NCBI GenBank assembly: GCA_977030845.1
Contig: OZ365115.1
Location: 11,222,001-11,286,000, forward strand
DNA from: Fimbriosthenelais zetlandica
Lineage: Eukaryota
Length of the DNA: 64,000 bases
Direction of reading: 5' to 3'
In this document: piece after piece, positions 1 through 13,199 of the stretch
Layout: each line of letters starts with the position of its first letter
How positions within the stretch are numbered: the stretch's first letter is position 1
Made by a program: the position numbers and the translations under genes
The notes under the pieces: model-generated
What the model was told of the DNA's origin: nothing
Seen by the model: the letters and a program-made list of their open reading frames with translations, nothing else
Databases searched by the model: none

Positions 1-379
1 AGTACAGGGAGTCATGTGACACATTAAAGGTAAATGGCAATACCTGGTGGCAAAGAGCGAGGTTAAAATCAGCCAAGTGTTGGCTAGGCCAGGCACTTTC
101 TATCACGAACGTGATCAAGCTTTTTATATTCCTTTTATTTGCATTTCTCTTCAATCTGGTTAAATACAAAGCCAAAATAAAATTACCTGATGTCTTTATG
201 CAGCAAAGATTTTATGCCACTTTTTATGCCTCACCATTTACTCAAAATCCAAGGACGTGCATTTAGAGTCAACAGTCTAAATTAACACTTGCGGGGGGTA
301 CGCTAGTAAGTTTTCAAATTGAGGAAAAGCACATTTTCCTGTTGGGACAAGTTCCAGCCCCTTCACCACAACACCCAGG

Positions 380-547
380 GCGCCCCCTACATTCCGTGAG
401 GATCATTATTATCACATGACAGATAATAATTATTGCACTCAGCTGGGGGAGAGGCCAGGGACCCGGTGCCATTAGATTCTCCTGGTCCCCGATCACATTT
501 CACTGGCTTCTCACTGAGTGTTTCAATCAGGGCCCGGAGGGGGCGCC
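380..547. promoter_or_regulatory. Divergent pair of CTCF-like motifs
   Basis: GCGCCCCCTA at 380-389 (reverse) and CCCGGAGGGGGCGC at 533-546 (forward), compared with the consensus CCASYAGRKGGCRS. Confidence 0.35.
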
Positions 548-985
548 AGTGGTGTCTCTGTGTACATTCCCACTAGATTAACAGCGTTCACATTGCACTC
601 CGCTCCATACCTTTAGCTATATAAATGACATTTCATGTACCTAAATTACCCTACCAACTGAGATAGGATTTCAATTGCAATTCAAATATCAGAGTAGTAA
701 ATGCCAGAATAGTAGCACCTTTTTCCTAGACTACTACCAATTAGATTTGCCCATAATCAAAACATACTGGTAGGTTTTATTGAGCAGTTCCACACCTGTC
801 CGTAGGTTACCAGGCCAATAGCATGAAATGGCATAACACTTCCTAAATATTTATAGATGTGGTTCCAAGAAATAGGCTAAATCTTGGAAAAGTTAATTTA
901 AGGTTATCTATGAAATTCAAAGAATATAGATACAGATCAGCAAATATTTCAAACCTATGCAGGAATAACAAAATGTGTGAGGGGG

Positions 986-999
986 TGGATCCGCCCCTG
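986..999. mobile_element. Isolated terminal inverted repeat of the GGATCC MITE-like family
   Basis: TGGATCCGCCCCTG; related ends at 10504, 15224, 19387/19461 and 48869. Confidence 0.4.
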
Positions 1000-1055
1000 C
1001 ATCAGTTGGAGTCCGAAATCATGGAAAATCATGGCAAATACTTAATCTTGGGTGC

Positions 1056-1074
1056 GGGGGGGGGGGGGGGGGGG
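1056..1074 (+). repeat. Poly-G run (19 nt)
   Basis: Counted directly in the sequence. Confidence 0.9.
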
Positions 1075-1721
1075 ATTGAACCGAGGACAACCCCCTATAG
1101 TTGATGGTATTTTCGGGTATTAACCTTCATCTAGGAAGCTGTCAGAGATTCGTGTTACAGGCTTGTAATTAGCCTCCCCTACAGCTCCTTAATAACGCTA
1201 CCTTTACACAGTGTCATGGCGACCAATAACCTCAAGTGATACCTCACAATCACAGGCTACTGTATAACAGCTGATAAAAGAGGGGGGGGGACACGGAGAA
1301 GAGAGATGCGAATATGGGGGAGATGAGGTAGGATAGGAAATGGGGATGGGGGCAGAAACGGAGGACGGAGAAGAGACTGGACATGGCCAGAGAGGGGCGG
1401 GAAAAGGGAAAAGTGGTGGGGAAACAGGGTATACATGGAAGGGGGCGGAGATGAGGGTAGTAGATCGATAGTATAGGGACAGCTAAGTAAAGCAAACTGA
1501 AATTAATAGCAGAAACAAACACGCAAATAATTGAACAGAGGTAGTAAATGGTACAGATTCACTGATAAGATGGAGTTAAAAATAAGCCACCTGAAACTCC
1601 CAATATACAACTGTCATGATGTTACAAGAATATTCTGTCATTTCTGATTGCTGCCAATTAAAATCACTTTTCAACACTTTATCCCCGTCCCCGGCCATCT
1701 GCCTCTTCCTGGTTACCATAG

Positions 1722-1822
1722 TCGTCATCCGGGTTACCAGGCCCAGATTTAACAAGCTCCGTTTCCGGTTTCTCTCATCCACTGACCCCTATTATCGCTC
1801 AGTGGCAGGTGGAGACTTATTG
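1722..1822 (+). other. Candidate coding exon (101 nt)
   Basis: ctcttcctggttaccatag| ... TTG|gtaagg; the phase-0 frame is open (SSSGLPGPDLTSSVSGFSHPLTPIIAQWQVETY); no family recognised. Confidence 0.15.
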
Positions 1823-3687
1823 GTAAGGCGAGCTCATGTCTAGGTCCCCTCCACACGAGACTTTCATATTTCTTTCTAACATTTATTTTTTAGAAAAAAA
1901 CTTTTTCGAAATTGAAATAAATATTTACGATGACTTTGTCCAATAAGGTGGAAATATGACTTTAATATGAGTTTGCTTTGCACGTGGAATATAATAACTA
2001 TAGAAGTAACAATGAAAGAAACTATAAAAAGATTGAAGGAAAGACGCAAAAGAGAAAAGAAACCGAAGGAAATGAGAAGAAATTGGAGGGGAGTTGGGAA
2101 GAAAAGGTCTCCATGTTAATTGGACGACATATAGTTTTTTACGTTCCTTTTTAATTCTGCATAGGTCTGAGACAAACCAGGAAGACACTGGGACAACTGA
2201 CCTTTCCATTATGAGGTAAAACAAACTGGTTAGATACACTTATTTCTGTGCCAAGCTTGGTAAATTATCTATAGAATCAGACCGTTTGGTACATTGCTAT
2301 ACTTATAAATACAGATAGGCCAATATGTCTTTCAAAGAACATTCTTCCAAATCTTGGCAATTGCAATAACTGCAACTACAAACCGTCCGGCATTGGGGTT
2401 ATCCTATATATAGGGCTTAGAAATGCTTTGTAGGAAGAACTCGAATACATTGAAACCCAGAAATGTTTGCACCCACTGATAGGCTACTAATTGATAACTA
2501 ACCAATATCTACACTGGCCTATACTTTTAACACCGTCTTTGGTTAAACTAAGTTGCTGAACACGATACAAGCTGCAGCAGAAAGCATTGGTTGCATAAGC
2601 AAAAAGCCTAACCCTAATAATGATATCCATTTCAATTAGTATTCCAATTAGGACGGAAACAAAACCGTATGAATACAGTGGTAGGCAGAGAGGGTCTGAG
2701 AGAAGGGGTTTGTATAATTAAGGCCTGCTCTCTTAATTGGTGATTAAGGTGATAATTACACCGGCGTTCCCCGGGTAATTAGACTGGACTCGTGGCTAGG
2801 ACAGGCCTTGATTAGTGCGCCACAAAATGTACATCATAGCCATATAGGAGCTACGGGGCTAGTGGATAGAAAGTGGCCAGACTGGGGCCTAGCTGGTCCC
2901 CAGATATACTAAAGAGCTTACATTCACATTTGCACTGCACTTTTAATATTTTTGGCATCTTTTGAGGTCTATAAGGAAATGAAATCATGAAAGGTGAAGG
3001 GTACTTCAAGTGAAATCCCTATTTGGAACTCCCTTTCATTGAATACACATCATAATTACATGTACATGCATATGCTGAATAGGTCTACATTATAAGAAGG
3101 GGAGCAAAGCCAAGGGCACATAGGCCTACCATTTTAATACGCCTCTAGCCTACGGCCGGTACCCTCTCCACTCTCTAACAATGAGCCACATAGGCTGCAG
3201 CAATGTGAGGTTGAATTGGAACAATAATGATAATCATAGAGACTGAAAAGCAAGTCTAGTGTAGCTTGCCCTGGTAATGGCGCCCGATCATCCATCGCGG
3301 CCGTTGACAGTCTCCCCAATAATGAGAAAGCCCAGGTGATAACGGAACACGCCAGCTACAGTCCCTCCCGCCGCTACAAAACACACTTCATATCACCCCA
3401 ACTGACAGTCTCACACTCACAGCTTTCTTACCCGTGACAGACACATTTTTTAAAACATTTCATTCAAGACATTTTCTCATAATGATTTTCTTTTTAATAA
3501 GAGAAAAAAAGAGAATACTCCCTATCTGCAAATGATAATATCTAGCACATTAAGGTTAAAAAAGACTATGGAAAAAGAACAAAAAGTCAGATTCTTCTCG
3601 CTTATAATTGTGTTAGTTTCTTATCTTGACACAAATCAATCAGGATTGACCTTCTCTGTGCTACATTCTATGACAAGAATTACTCAC

Positions 3688-3720
3688 CTAATGAGGTGTG
3701 GACTAGCCCAGAATATTGGA
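3688..3720 (-). other. Candidate 33-nt exon, or AG|GT recursive-type site
   Basis: Minus strand aataatttcag| 33 nt ...CTCATTAG|gtgagt; open in phases 1 and 2. Confidence 0.15.
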
Positions 3721-5639
3721 CTGAAATTATTACCTCAATAATCAAATCTTTATCATTTGTATCTAGCCTAAGAATGGATCCTTGGCATTAACACAACCAC
3801 ACCCTGCCTAAATCCCTCAATTTGGTTCAGCGCAACCAAGAATATGCACTTCCAAATGGCATTAGCCGACCGTTTGATAAAGAAATATTTGAATTAACTT
3901 GGTTTGTTCTAACGAGGGTGATCACGGGGCTTATAGTGACCCAGGCACGGATTCTCTAGGATATGAATTCCTCGGTTAATCTTGTCTGGCCTAAATAAGC
4001 AGAGGGGGCTGATAATGGAGGGGGAGGAGAGGATGATTCGTGGTGTCTCGACTGATCCAGGGCCAGTAATGATATAATTATCACAAAATGAGCTTCATTA
4101 GGAGAGACATCTCTAGTCACTCTCTACATCTCTAGAAGGTGATAGGTGGTGGCACATCTATAGATGTAAGCCGTCAAGTATGGTCACAATAATCACCCTT
4201 TTGATGTTTATTTTGGCTATCTAAACTAGCCAGTTCTCACATCCCAAGCTTTCTTCCTCCCACATCCACCCATCCTTTAATTAGAGGTGACGTTTGTCAC
4301 TGTCCTTTTCCAATTTTCCACTCCTTCTCATTACCCTTTCCCTCTCATTCATCTTAAATTTCTATCATTTACAAATATAAGACAAAGACATTGTGTATTC
4401 CATGTTCTTCCACTTTTCATTCATAAACTGAATTGTTATATTCACCTCCAAACCTTATCCTATCATATACCTTTCCAAGTATAGCCTATAAATATAATCT
4501 TTACTTCCACACATGTATACATCTCCAATGACTCTTCTCTGAAAAGTACCACCTCAGAATTATCATCAATATGTTTATAAATTATATTTAAGCAATTGAC
4601 GGACCGATTGACATAATATTATATTATACGTCAAGGAAGTGTCCCATTACTTATAGAACACTTAATATTATTGTTGTAACATAAACCTACCACACATTCC
4701 AGCGCACCACTTAATTGTTTCACTATTACAATCCTTTCTCCGTCACGTTGGCAGCAGAAATGTTTGAAATCCGAGATTAAGTCCTCCCAAATGTTCAGCC
4801 TTGGGCAAAATTACACTGGTAACACTTCAATTATTATCCTCGACTGATCTGTCAGCAATTGGAGACAGGTTTCTTTCGTTATATTGGGATTGGGATCGAA
4901 GGCAAATCACAGAATGTTTATCCTTGGTACCTATGGTATGAACTAAACTCAGAGAAGGTTTACAAGTGGCAAGAGTGAGTTGCCCACGTGGGTAGCAGCC
5001 TAGAACGTGGTACTTCTGTTCCATACACCCTTTTATCCGCCCTTCTATCCTTCACTCTCGGTAAATGTCTTCCCGAAAAGGTAAATTATTCCTTTTATTG
5101 AATAGAACTCCTGTAAATGAGTGTGATACTTGGTTTTTCACTTCCAATGTTTGGCTGTTAGAGAAGCTATGTGGTCAATTGCTATTGAACGGGGCCTTGT
5201 AGTGAAGGTAATCCCAAAATAGCTAGCTATAGGGATTTATCCTGTAGAACAGTATCACAAATTACATAAGGTGATTGTGATTTTTGCCCAGAGAAGTCGG
5301 TCCGTGAGTAGTGGCTCTCAAGTCGAAGCAGAGCACATGTAACCCTTCATAGAATGTCAACCACCCAACCTCCAGCAGTGCATGGGGCTGAATGAGCAAA
5401 TGTACGAGTAAATCAGAGCTGTCCAATCCAGCTCCATCTAGTCATTGAGGATAACCTGACGTCCTACCCCCTTGGCAGTTTTAAAATTACACTAAATCCA
5501 GGTATTTCTGAATGCAGTTGAGATGGGAAAGGTACTTCAGGTTCATGTCAGTTGCTCTCAGTGTTATTCCCAGCCCCCTCGCTGTCCAACTGCTCGTGTT
5601 GTTGTGTGTGAGCAAATGTGAGCGGCTCAGACTGAGCCT

Positions 5640-5935
5640 CACCGACACGTGCAGGAGACTGCCACTCGGAGCCCGGGTTAACTGAATGAGGTGCGTTATA
5701 CCCAGCTGTAGAAGCACCCCGCCACACAGCCTGAGAGTGTCTGACGGGGGTTCTCAGCAGACAAGCCTATACGCTCTCTACAGGAGCTTGAAACTCACAG
5801 GTGATTGGCTGAGAGGATTGGGGACCCAATCAGAAGCCACGCCCACCTTGGCTTGCCAATCGGCGGGCCTTATTGTTCCAGTCAGTGGTGTGGATTGTGG
5901 CCGTGAGTGGCATGATTGGATTGGCATCGTGGGAA
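5640..5935. promoter_or_regulatory. CpG-rich promoter-like island with six CCAAT boxes
   Basis: CCAAT/ATTGG at 5804, 5817, 5826, 5856, 5915 and 5920; GCCACGCCC (SP/KLF) at 5836. Confidence 0.5.
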
Positions 5936-6359
5936 GGCGAGGGGGGCTCAATAGTGACCCCCCTCACCACTGAATCCTTCCAAACATATATTTTTAACCA
6001 AACCAGAATATTTGTATAAACGCTTTTGTCAGAGACATGGCCATCTCAAGAAAACTTTCAAATGTTTTCCTATGTTCAATTATGTCTGATTCCCTTTTTG
6101 AAAGTCCTGTGGGAGGCCTTTTGGGAGCATGGGAAATGTACTGGCCTTTTTAGACCCTATAAATTAGCTAGAACATGGGTCTTTTTGAAGCATGTAAAAC
6201 GTATTGGCCATTTCCGGGCCCTTTTTGAACCCTGTGAAGGCAGCAGAACGTATTTTCTTTCTTTGCCTTTTTTCCCTTATAACACTACGTCCTGTGCCAA
6301 TCCTACTATTCACATGCCTTACCCATACACCTTTCATCCATGCAAAAACACCGATTTCT

Positions 6360-6570
6360 TTTGACCTTTCCGTTTCCCTTGGTCTCCAAAAAACCTCTCA
6401 CCCTCCCCGCTCCCCCACACTCTGCCCTCCCTTCCCTTTTACCCCTTCCTTTACCCTCTGCCCTGCTTTAAATACCCCTACACCACCCCTGTACCCCTAC
6501 CTCCATCATCCTTCCTCCTCCCATGTCTTCCCCCTCCTCCTCTCCTTCTCCTACCCCTCCACCTCCTCAC
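6360..6570 (+). repeat. C/T-rich low-complexity tract
   Basis: Strongly pyrimidine-biased plus strand, with G-tracts on the minus strand. Confidence 0.7.
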
Positions 6571-6704
6571 CACACGCTGAAAATTGTGTAATGAAATCAC
6601 TTAGTCCCTTTTGATAGACAACCTGTCATGGGTCGGAGCTTGAAAGCCTTCGTGTCCAATTTCAGTCGGGTCTATTCCATCATGACCGCGCTTCCATTAC
6701 GCAG

Positions 6705-6725
6705 ATGATGCCATGGGGCTGGCTG
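6705..6725 (+). other. Candidate 21-nt micro-exon
   Basis: cttccattacgcag|ATGATGCCATGGGGCTGGCTG|gtgagt. Confidence 0.2.
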
Positions 6726-8460
6726 GTGAGTGGGATGGGATGGTGTTTGGAGTGGCTTGCCCAATGGGGGATGCATAAGAAAAGGCAGCATGAGGGTGTG
6801 GGGGAGGAGGAGCAGGAGGAGGCACGGTTGAGGGGGGTTGTCGAGGGGATCATCCACACGAGTTGTCAACCGGGTCCTAATAGATTTAGGGCCTAATGTA
6901 ACCACAGCACCCCGCGTCCTCTCTGTGATTGAATTCAATTAAAAAACCAGAAGCACGGATCCTCCCTTCTCCGCAGCCTCATCCTCCACCCTCCCTGGGT
7001 GCTAGCAGTGCTGCTGGTGCAGCCTGCCAGACAGCCATCGAGCAATAGGCAATTGCAAGCCAACACCTCGTGGAAGAGGCAGTGGCGTCTGAGACCATCA
7101 TACTCCAACACTGAGCCTTGGGGCTACAGGGCCGGGATTTCAAGCTCTCTTTGGGGTTCCATGAGGGGAGAGGGAGGAAGAGGGGGAGTGGGAGGGATGG
7201 GCATTTCCTATAAGCCCTGAAGGGGAGGGAATGTAGAATTATTTTGTCTGTAAGAGCAGCTAAGGGGAAGGGGTATAGCACCAGCATTGGAGCGATGGTT
7301 GGATGAACAGGGCAGAAGCTCTGAGTACCAACTCACACACATCTGAAACTGAATTTAATGAAGATCTATCCCTGATTAGCTAACAACAATTGCCCGGGTG
7401 CTTAGCTCGAGTGCTTCTGAAGGACATCGATAAAGCAGTGAAAAGATTCCATAGTTGGCCCATTGATGATGGAGTGAAAAGGGAGGTGTGGAAAAAAGAG
7501 TCAAATAAATGGAGTGATTAAAGCTGTCAATGTGGGGAGAAAGAGGAAGGGGTGGTGCCAAGAATGCTTTAAAAGGGGGGAGGGTAAGAGGGGATGGAAA
7601 GATAGCAACTTCGGATGAAAGGGTTTAATGGTAATTTAAAGACTGTACCATCTTTTAACTATATCCAACGGAATGCATTGATCGATGGGAACCAATGACA
7701 CATCTGTGAGTGATCTATCGTGCATGTAATTAATGGAGATGAATCATACAAATTAACCTTAAAAATAATCTGAAAAAAGTAGAATATTACCTCGCTGAAT
7801 TCTGGCAATATAATGTAACTAAATACTAATTTATGACATCCCAATAATAATCTTATAATTTTCAATAATTTACAAAGATTTCCGTTAGTAATCTGGCAAT
7901 ATTCTTTAATAACAGAATTAAGTCCAGTAGAAATCGGAAAATGTTCTTTAATTGTGAGAAATGCGTGAAATCGTCATCAGCTTTTGGCCACAAACAGAAG
8001 AAAACATTACTGGTAATAACAACAATGTCACCTCTACAAGCTGGCTAGACCTTTGCCCATCCACCTACCATTAACAAACTAGAGCTGGGGATCTGTGGGT
8101 GTTGGGGACTCTCAACCAACACTAATGGGTCGGCTTGTCGCGGACGGGCCGACCACCATTAATTTAGTTATTCCATTAATGGTAGTGTTTTCATCTGGGG
8201 GTTTCAGGCAAGGCAGGTAAAGTGCACTTACTGTTTGGAGAACCCTTGTCACTTAGTAGCTGCTCCATGGGGAGGCAAGGTAATGCATACATAAGGACAA
8301 ATAACTGGTAAAATGGGCAGGTCCATAGTGCAGTCAATGGAGTAGGAGGGATGCTTTGCTGTTTTTGTTAGGCCTATCAGGATACCAATCTCTCCCAACA
8401 CAATGGCATTCATGGCTCAGAATGTATGCATTAAGGTTAGGTGCTTTGTACGCTAATACA

Positions 8461-8560
8461 AAACATGGGTTTTTGTGGGCTATATTATGCTGGGATTTAG
8501 CTGTATGTTTTATGGATTTAATAAAAGCTTTGACAGACTTGAAGCATAGCCTTTGGGCAT
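8461..8560 (+). pseudogene. Degenerate non-LTR retrotransposon (LINE) reverse-transcriptase fragment
   Basis: KHGF at 8461, then AVCFMDLIKA(F)DRLE with one 1-nt frameshift at 8530-8531; resembles the LINE RT motifs QxGF and FxDxxKAFDxV; spacing is shorter than in an intact RT. Confidence 0.4.
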
Positions 8561-10387
8561 ATACAAAGGGTTATATTCTTTATACAAATAATGTTGTGTG
8601 CTTAACACAATGTGGATAAACTACATACACTCTTCAGGGTAGGAGTTCAAACATATTTTGTTGTAGTCAAACTATGCACTGTGTCAGTGAAAACACCCCC
8701 TGTACACTACTTCTGAGTGTTCCCCCACACCCAGGCTGTCACTCCTCTGTGTTAGGAATGTTATCACAAGTGACAAAGATCAGGATTTGATGGAGATGGT
8801 GAGCAGTGGTGTTGGCTGAGACCCGCTCTTGCTCCACTCTCCACTGTTGTTTCACTCTTCCTGCTCCACTCACACTGAGAACATCAAGTAGTGCATGAAA
8901 TGGTCAAATAACCAATGTTCCCAATGACAATTCAACTTACTAACTGGTGCATATTGGTGCTTACTAATTGGTGTATATTGGCGAAATCTAAGGCAATCTT
9001 TTTCTACACTCTGGGAAAACCCTATAAAGATGAATATAATATACCTCTTTAAATTGCTACAGGTCAATAACTGAGGTCACTATTAGTAATCATGATTGTA
9101 ATCATTGTTGATTATTTAAGCACTTGGCACAAAATAAACAGAATGTTCACCATTCTTAATAAAAGTGTCTACTCTGCTACGTACTGATGTGAATCATGAA
9201 ATCTATGAACGTACTATTTGACCACACATTGGATGCCTCTATATTTTCAGTGTGGGATCCAATGCCTCTCTCAGCATTTCATAATGCACTTAGCCAACTC
9301 CCAACCCCATCAAGCCCGGCCGCCCCTCCTTTTATACCCCCTGCCATTTATTGTAAAGTCAACACAAGGCTTTTACTGCAATACCTCAAAGAGACTGAGG
9401 CGACGGTTAAAAATGGCTCCAAAAAGTTTTCTCTTAGCGTTATGGTGAATCACCGCAAAGTGAATGAAAACAATTAGTCCTCTCTGCTTACACTGCAACA
9501 AAATATGGACTGACAGTTTCCTTTTTATTTTATTTTAGGACTGGCCACACCTTTTAAACTGTAGGCCTCTGAAAATACTTGCAAAATCAAGATCAGATTT
9601 CGAGATATTTTCAGTAACATGTACTTACAATCTGGATTCTCGTAATTATTAATTTCGTTATGCAATGAATATAATAGAAAGATCAACAAAAAGAGATATG
9701 GAAACCCCCAAGAGATGACTTGTGTCCTCCTGAAATCTATAGTTCGGGAAGTTTCCTGGAACATCATTCTATTTATCAGCAATTGTTGTAAGACATACAA
9801 TGTACTTGGGTTGCAGGGGTATTGCACCAGAAAAGCTTCATGTCTGATTAGGATTATCAGCAAGTGCAATTTAAGATATAAGCCATATCCACTGTCATTT
9901 TCGTCGTGTGCGTCAGTCGATTATTTTTGGGCAATTGAAGAACCTGTCAATAAATGGCTGCTGCGGTTGATACAGGGCCTTTCTGTATGAAGGAACCCGC
10001 ATATCTTTACTTTTTTCTGTTTAATAATTTCATCCAGATGTTCACAACTCTCGCTGAAAGCAAGTCATAACCGGCCCCCAACCTTCTCCATACCAATAAC
10101 CGAAAACCAATAATTACTTCTCCCTGCCATTAATCATACTGTACTGATACTAATAAGAAACACTGATGATTGTTACAAAAGCTAAAACTAATAACAAGAT
10201 CCAATCAGATATTTCATTAATTATACACACCAATTACACACAGTGTAATTAGTGAGAGGGAGAGAGTGTGTGGGGGTAATGTAGTCTCTCTACCACCAGA
10301 GGGATACCAAGACTCCCAACCTCACCACCAGCGTCTACCACTACCAGTAATCAGTCCTAGTTAATTAAGGAAAGTGATTAGGAGAAA

Positions 10388-10660
10388 GTGGGGGTGGTGG
10401 TGGGGAGAGGAGGCGGGGGGGGGGGGGGGGGTGGTAGCCACCACGGGATCGTGATGTGGAGCAATGGTAGGCGAGAGGGGGTCAATGGGAGCTTTGCTCA
10501 CAAGTGGATCCAGGATTTTGGATGGGGTGATGGCGGGGATGGGGGGCTAAAGTCTTTGAAATGGGGGATGGGGGTTGGTGTAGGTCCACCCAATTTACTA
10601 TCTGAGCGACGAAAAATTATCTCTGAAGGGGAAGGTGGGGAGGGGGTTCCCCCATTTCTG
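10388..10660. mobile_element. G-rich tract and GGATCC-family MITE-like relic
   Basis: 17-G run at 10415-10431; GTGGATCCAGGATTTTGG...G-rich interior at 10504 resembles the left end of the 19387 element. Confidence 0.3.
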
Positions 10661-10950
10661 AATTTGCAAATTACACGAAATACAAGAGTAAGAGTAGGAA
10701 AAGATATCCAAGACATTTAGACTGATGTTAATTATTTATTATCCGATATAGATATATTAAAGCCTATTGTAAGGATATGTTGCCAAAGTATCAAACAGCA
10801 AAAGCAGCGGAACTGGGATGGAAATATATCATCTCTTGGTCCTGGGTCTGTCTAGAGGATGTGACGTCACATTACTGACCTAATTTAGAGGCTAGACTCT
10901 GTTTACATCCGGGCGTTTCAGCCAATCTAGGTCAGGAGAGGGTCGGTTTA

Positions 10951-11023
10951 GATTGGAAGTTCCAGGGATTGGAAGTTCCAGGGATTGGGTAAGGGTGGGG
11001 GCTGGGGAGGGGGTGGGGATGGG
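10951..11023 (+). repeat. 16-bp tandem duplication running into a G-quadruplex-type tract
   Basis: GATTGGAAGTTCCAGG x2 (10951-10982); eight G>=3 tracts with short loops at 10981-11023. Confidence 0.75.
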
Positions 11024-11591
11024 AGGTACGGTTGGCAATTGGTACAGCTTGATTGGTGTCATGTAATTAAGGGTAAAGGGATTCCATACAAGTCTAGGGA
11101 GCACATTAAAGGTTCCAATTATTAGTTGACACAACCCCAAAGGGGTGTTTACCTCATGCAAACCCACTGTATTCTCAGACCATAATGTTCCCCCGTTTTT
11201 AGAGGAACATTCTAACATTCATAGACCAACATTATTAAAATTAAACCATGACCTAATTACCATTTTCATGTGCTACTAAGTAATGTACCTGGCATAAATG
11301 ATCACTTCCATATACTACTCCCATGGCAACCTCCATATAAATATATTATTGCCATACCTTAAATCTTGGACCATATTATAATTACAAAGAAATAATCTGG
11401 CCACTATAGACAGATATCTTCTCTAACAAAATCTCCTTTGAAAAAACATGTAGTATTGCGGTATTTCACTCACGGATTGCAATATCTGAGTAAAAGAAAT
11501 AATGCAATATCTAATATTTTAAGCTCATCCTGTCTTAATGTTCTGGATATTTTATGTTCTTTATTAAAAGTATAGAATAAATTTTTGTTAC

Positions 11592-11630
11592 CTGAAGATG
11601 ATTTTGCATCCATTTCCGAGCCTATCGTTC
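11592..11630 (-). CDS. Candidate 39-nt frame-preserving internal exon of an unidentified minus-strand gene
   Basis: ctcactatcttcatttgttttcttccag|GAACG...TTCAG|gtaaca: branch-like CTCAC, long polypyrimidine tract, CAG|GT donor; the phase-1 frame reads TIGSEMDAKSSS. Confidence 0.3.
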
Positions 11631-12013
11631 CTGGAAGAAAACAAATGAAGATAGTGAGTTGAGAGCATCAAAATTCGAAATTTATCTCAAACTAGAGGTC
11701 ATTGTTTAACAAGCTTCTGTACAGAATGAAGCCTTTGTGACTAAATTCTGACATGTATTAATATCAGTACAGAACAAGTCTCATCATAATGATGATAAGA
11801 AATTCCCTCAAGTTGGCACAAAATAAAGATTCGGAACTATTAGAAGATAATATTGTAGAAATATAGAAAAAAATTGTTCAATATCATAAATACCTCATGT
11901 CCCATGAGCAACTCATCCCCTCCCCTATCCCCACCTTACATGATTGGTATGTATGCAACGCCACCTAACTCCCCCCACTAACACTATCCTAATCACACAT
12001 GGCATGCACACAG

Positions 12014-12108
12014 GCGCCCCCTGTATCAAGGTCACGAACCATATGTACCTCACAAACCAAGGTCACGACACCACAATAATTAGTTGTCATGGCCACCATA
12101 GGGGGCGC
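12014..12108. promoter_or_regulatory. Divergent CTCF-like pair enclosing two NR5A/ERR-type sites
   Basis: GCGCCCCCTG at 12014 (reverse), TAGGGGGCGC at 12099 (forward); CAAGGTCACGA twice between them (12027, 12058). Confidence 0.4.
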
Positions 12109-13199
12109 GCAGGTATGGCATGATGAAAGAGGCAGGTCTACTTCCGTTTCCGGGCCTCAGCTCCAGGACGAGGCTGCCATGGATCAACTTCACAAAAGGG
12201 GTAGCCAATGAAAATGGATGATCGAACGAAATTAAATTTGGGTTGGTGAGTACAGGTATTTGATATAGGGGATCTAATTCATTAGCATGTCTAGTCTTAC
12301 AATATTGGGTACGGTCTTTGAATGTGGCCCTATCTTCAGCATACCAAGTCAGTGTGCCCAGGAGTTTCTTTGTTCATGTTTCAGCAAAGTTGCTTTACTC
12401 TATGAATGGGGTGTTAAATCCCTCACGTGAATATGCATAGTTTAGCCCAACCCGAATATTGAGATTGATAGATTGATGGATTAATTAATTGATATTGGGG
12501 TTTAACTTCGCATGCAGCAATCGTACGCGATGAGTAGGAAACACGCTGTCGGAAGACAGCAATAATTCGTTCACAGAGGGACACGTCACAACAATTATGC
12601 TGACAGTCAGACACAGTGACAGTGGGAGATATGGCTGGCCTTAATGACATAGTTAGCAGCATCTATTCTTCTCAAATTTAGCAATGGTTCTCTTACATGC
12701 CTCTCATAAAAGACAGTGGGAGACATGACTGGCCTTTCATAACCCAGTTGGGAGAGAAAGGTAATGGCAGGTTAGGAGAATGGTTTAGGAACAAAGCAGT
12801 TTGTTTCTATGAGTAGGGGCACATAATAATTATTCTCCACAACACAAGAGTCAACAGTTAAATTAATCAAATATCCTCTTAAAATACCAAGTGCCTTGTG
12901 AATTGACTGAATACAAAGACAAAATCAGAATCCATCCATTTCAAATCCAGGGTACCTTTAAACAGCTTCTAGCGAAAGTAATCCCCATTTTTCACGATCT
13001 CTGAGATGGTGTGATTTAATGTTTTATTTGAATGCTTGACTCCAAAATGGAGTTTCCCGGATGACAATTGCTTATCCGCCTCTTAATTATATTTCTCCTG
13101 GGGTGATAAACGACCCTTGTGACCTTTTGTCTCAGCAAATCTCGCCTGTACAAGACCAAACGAGATTTTTCGACTCCTCCTAACGATTTAACTACTTCC

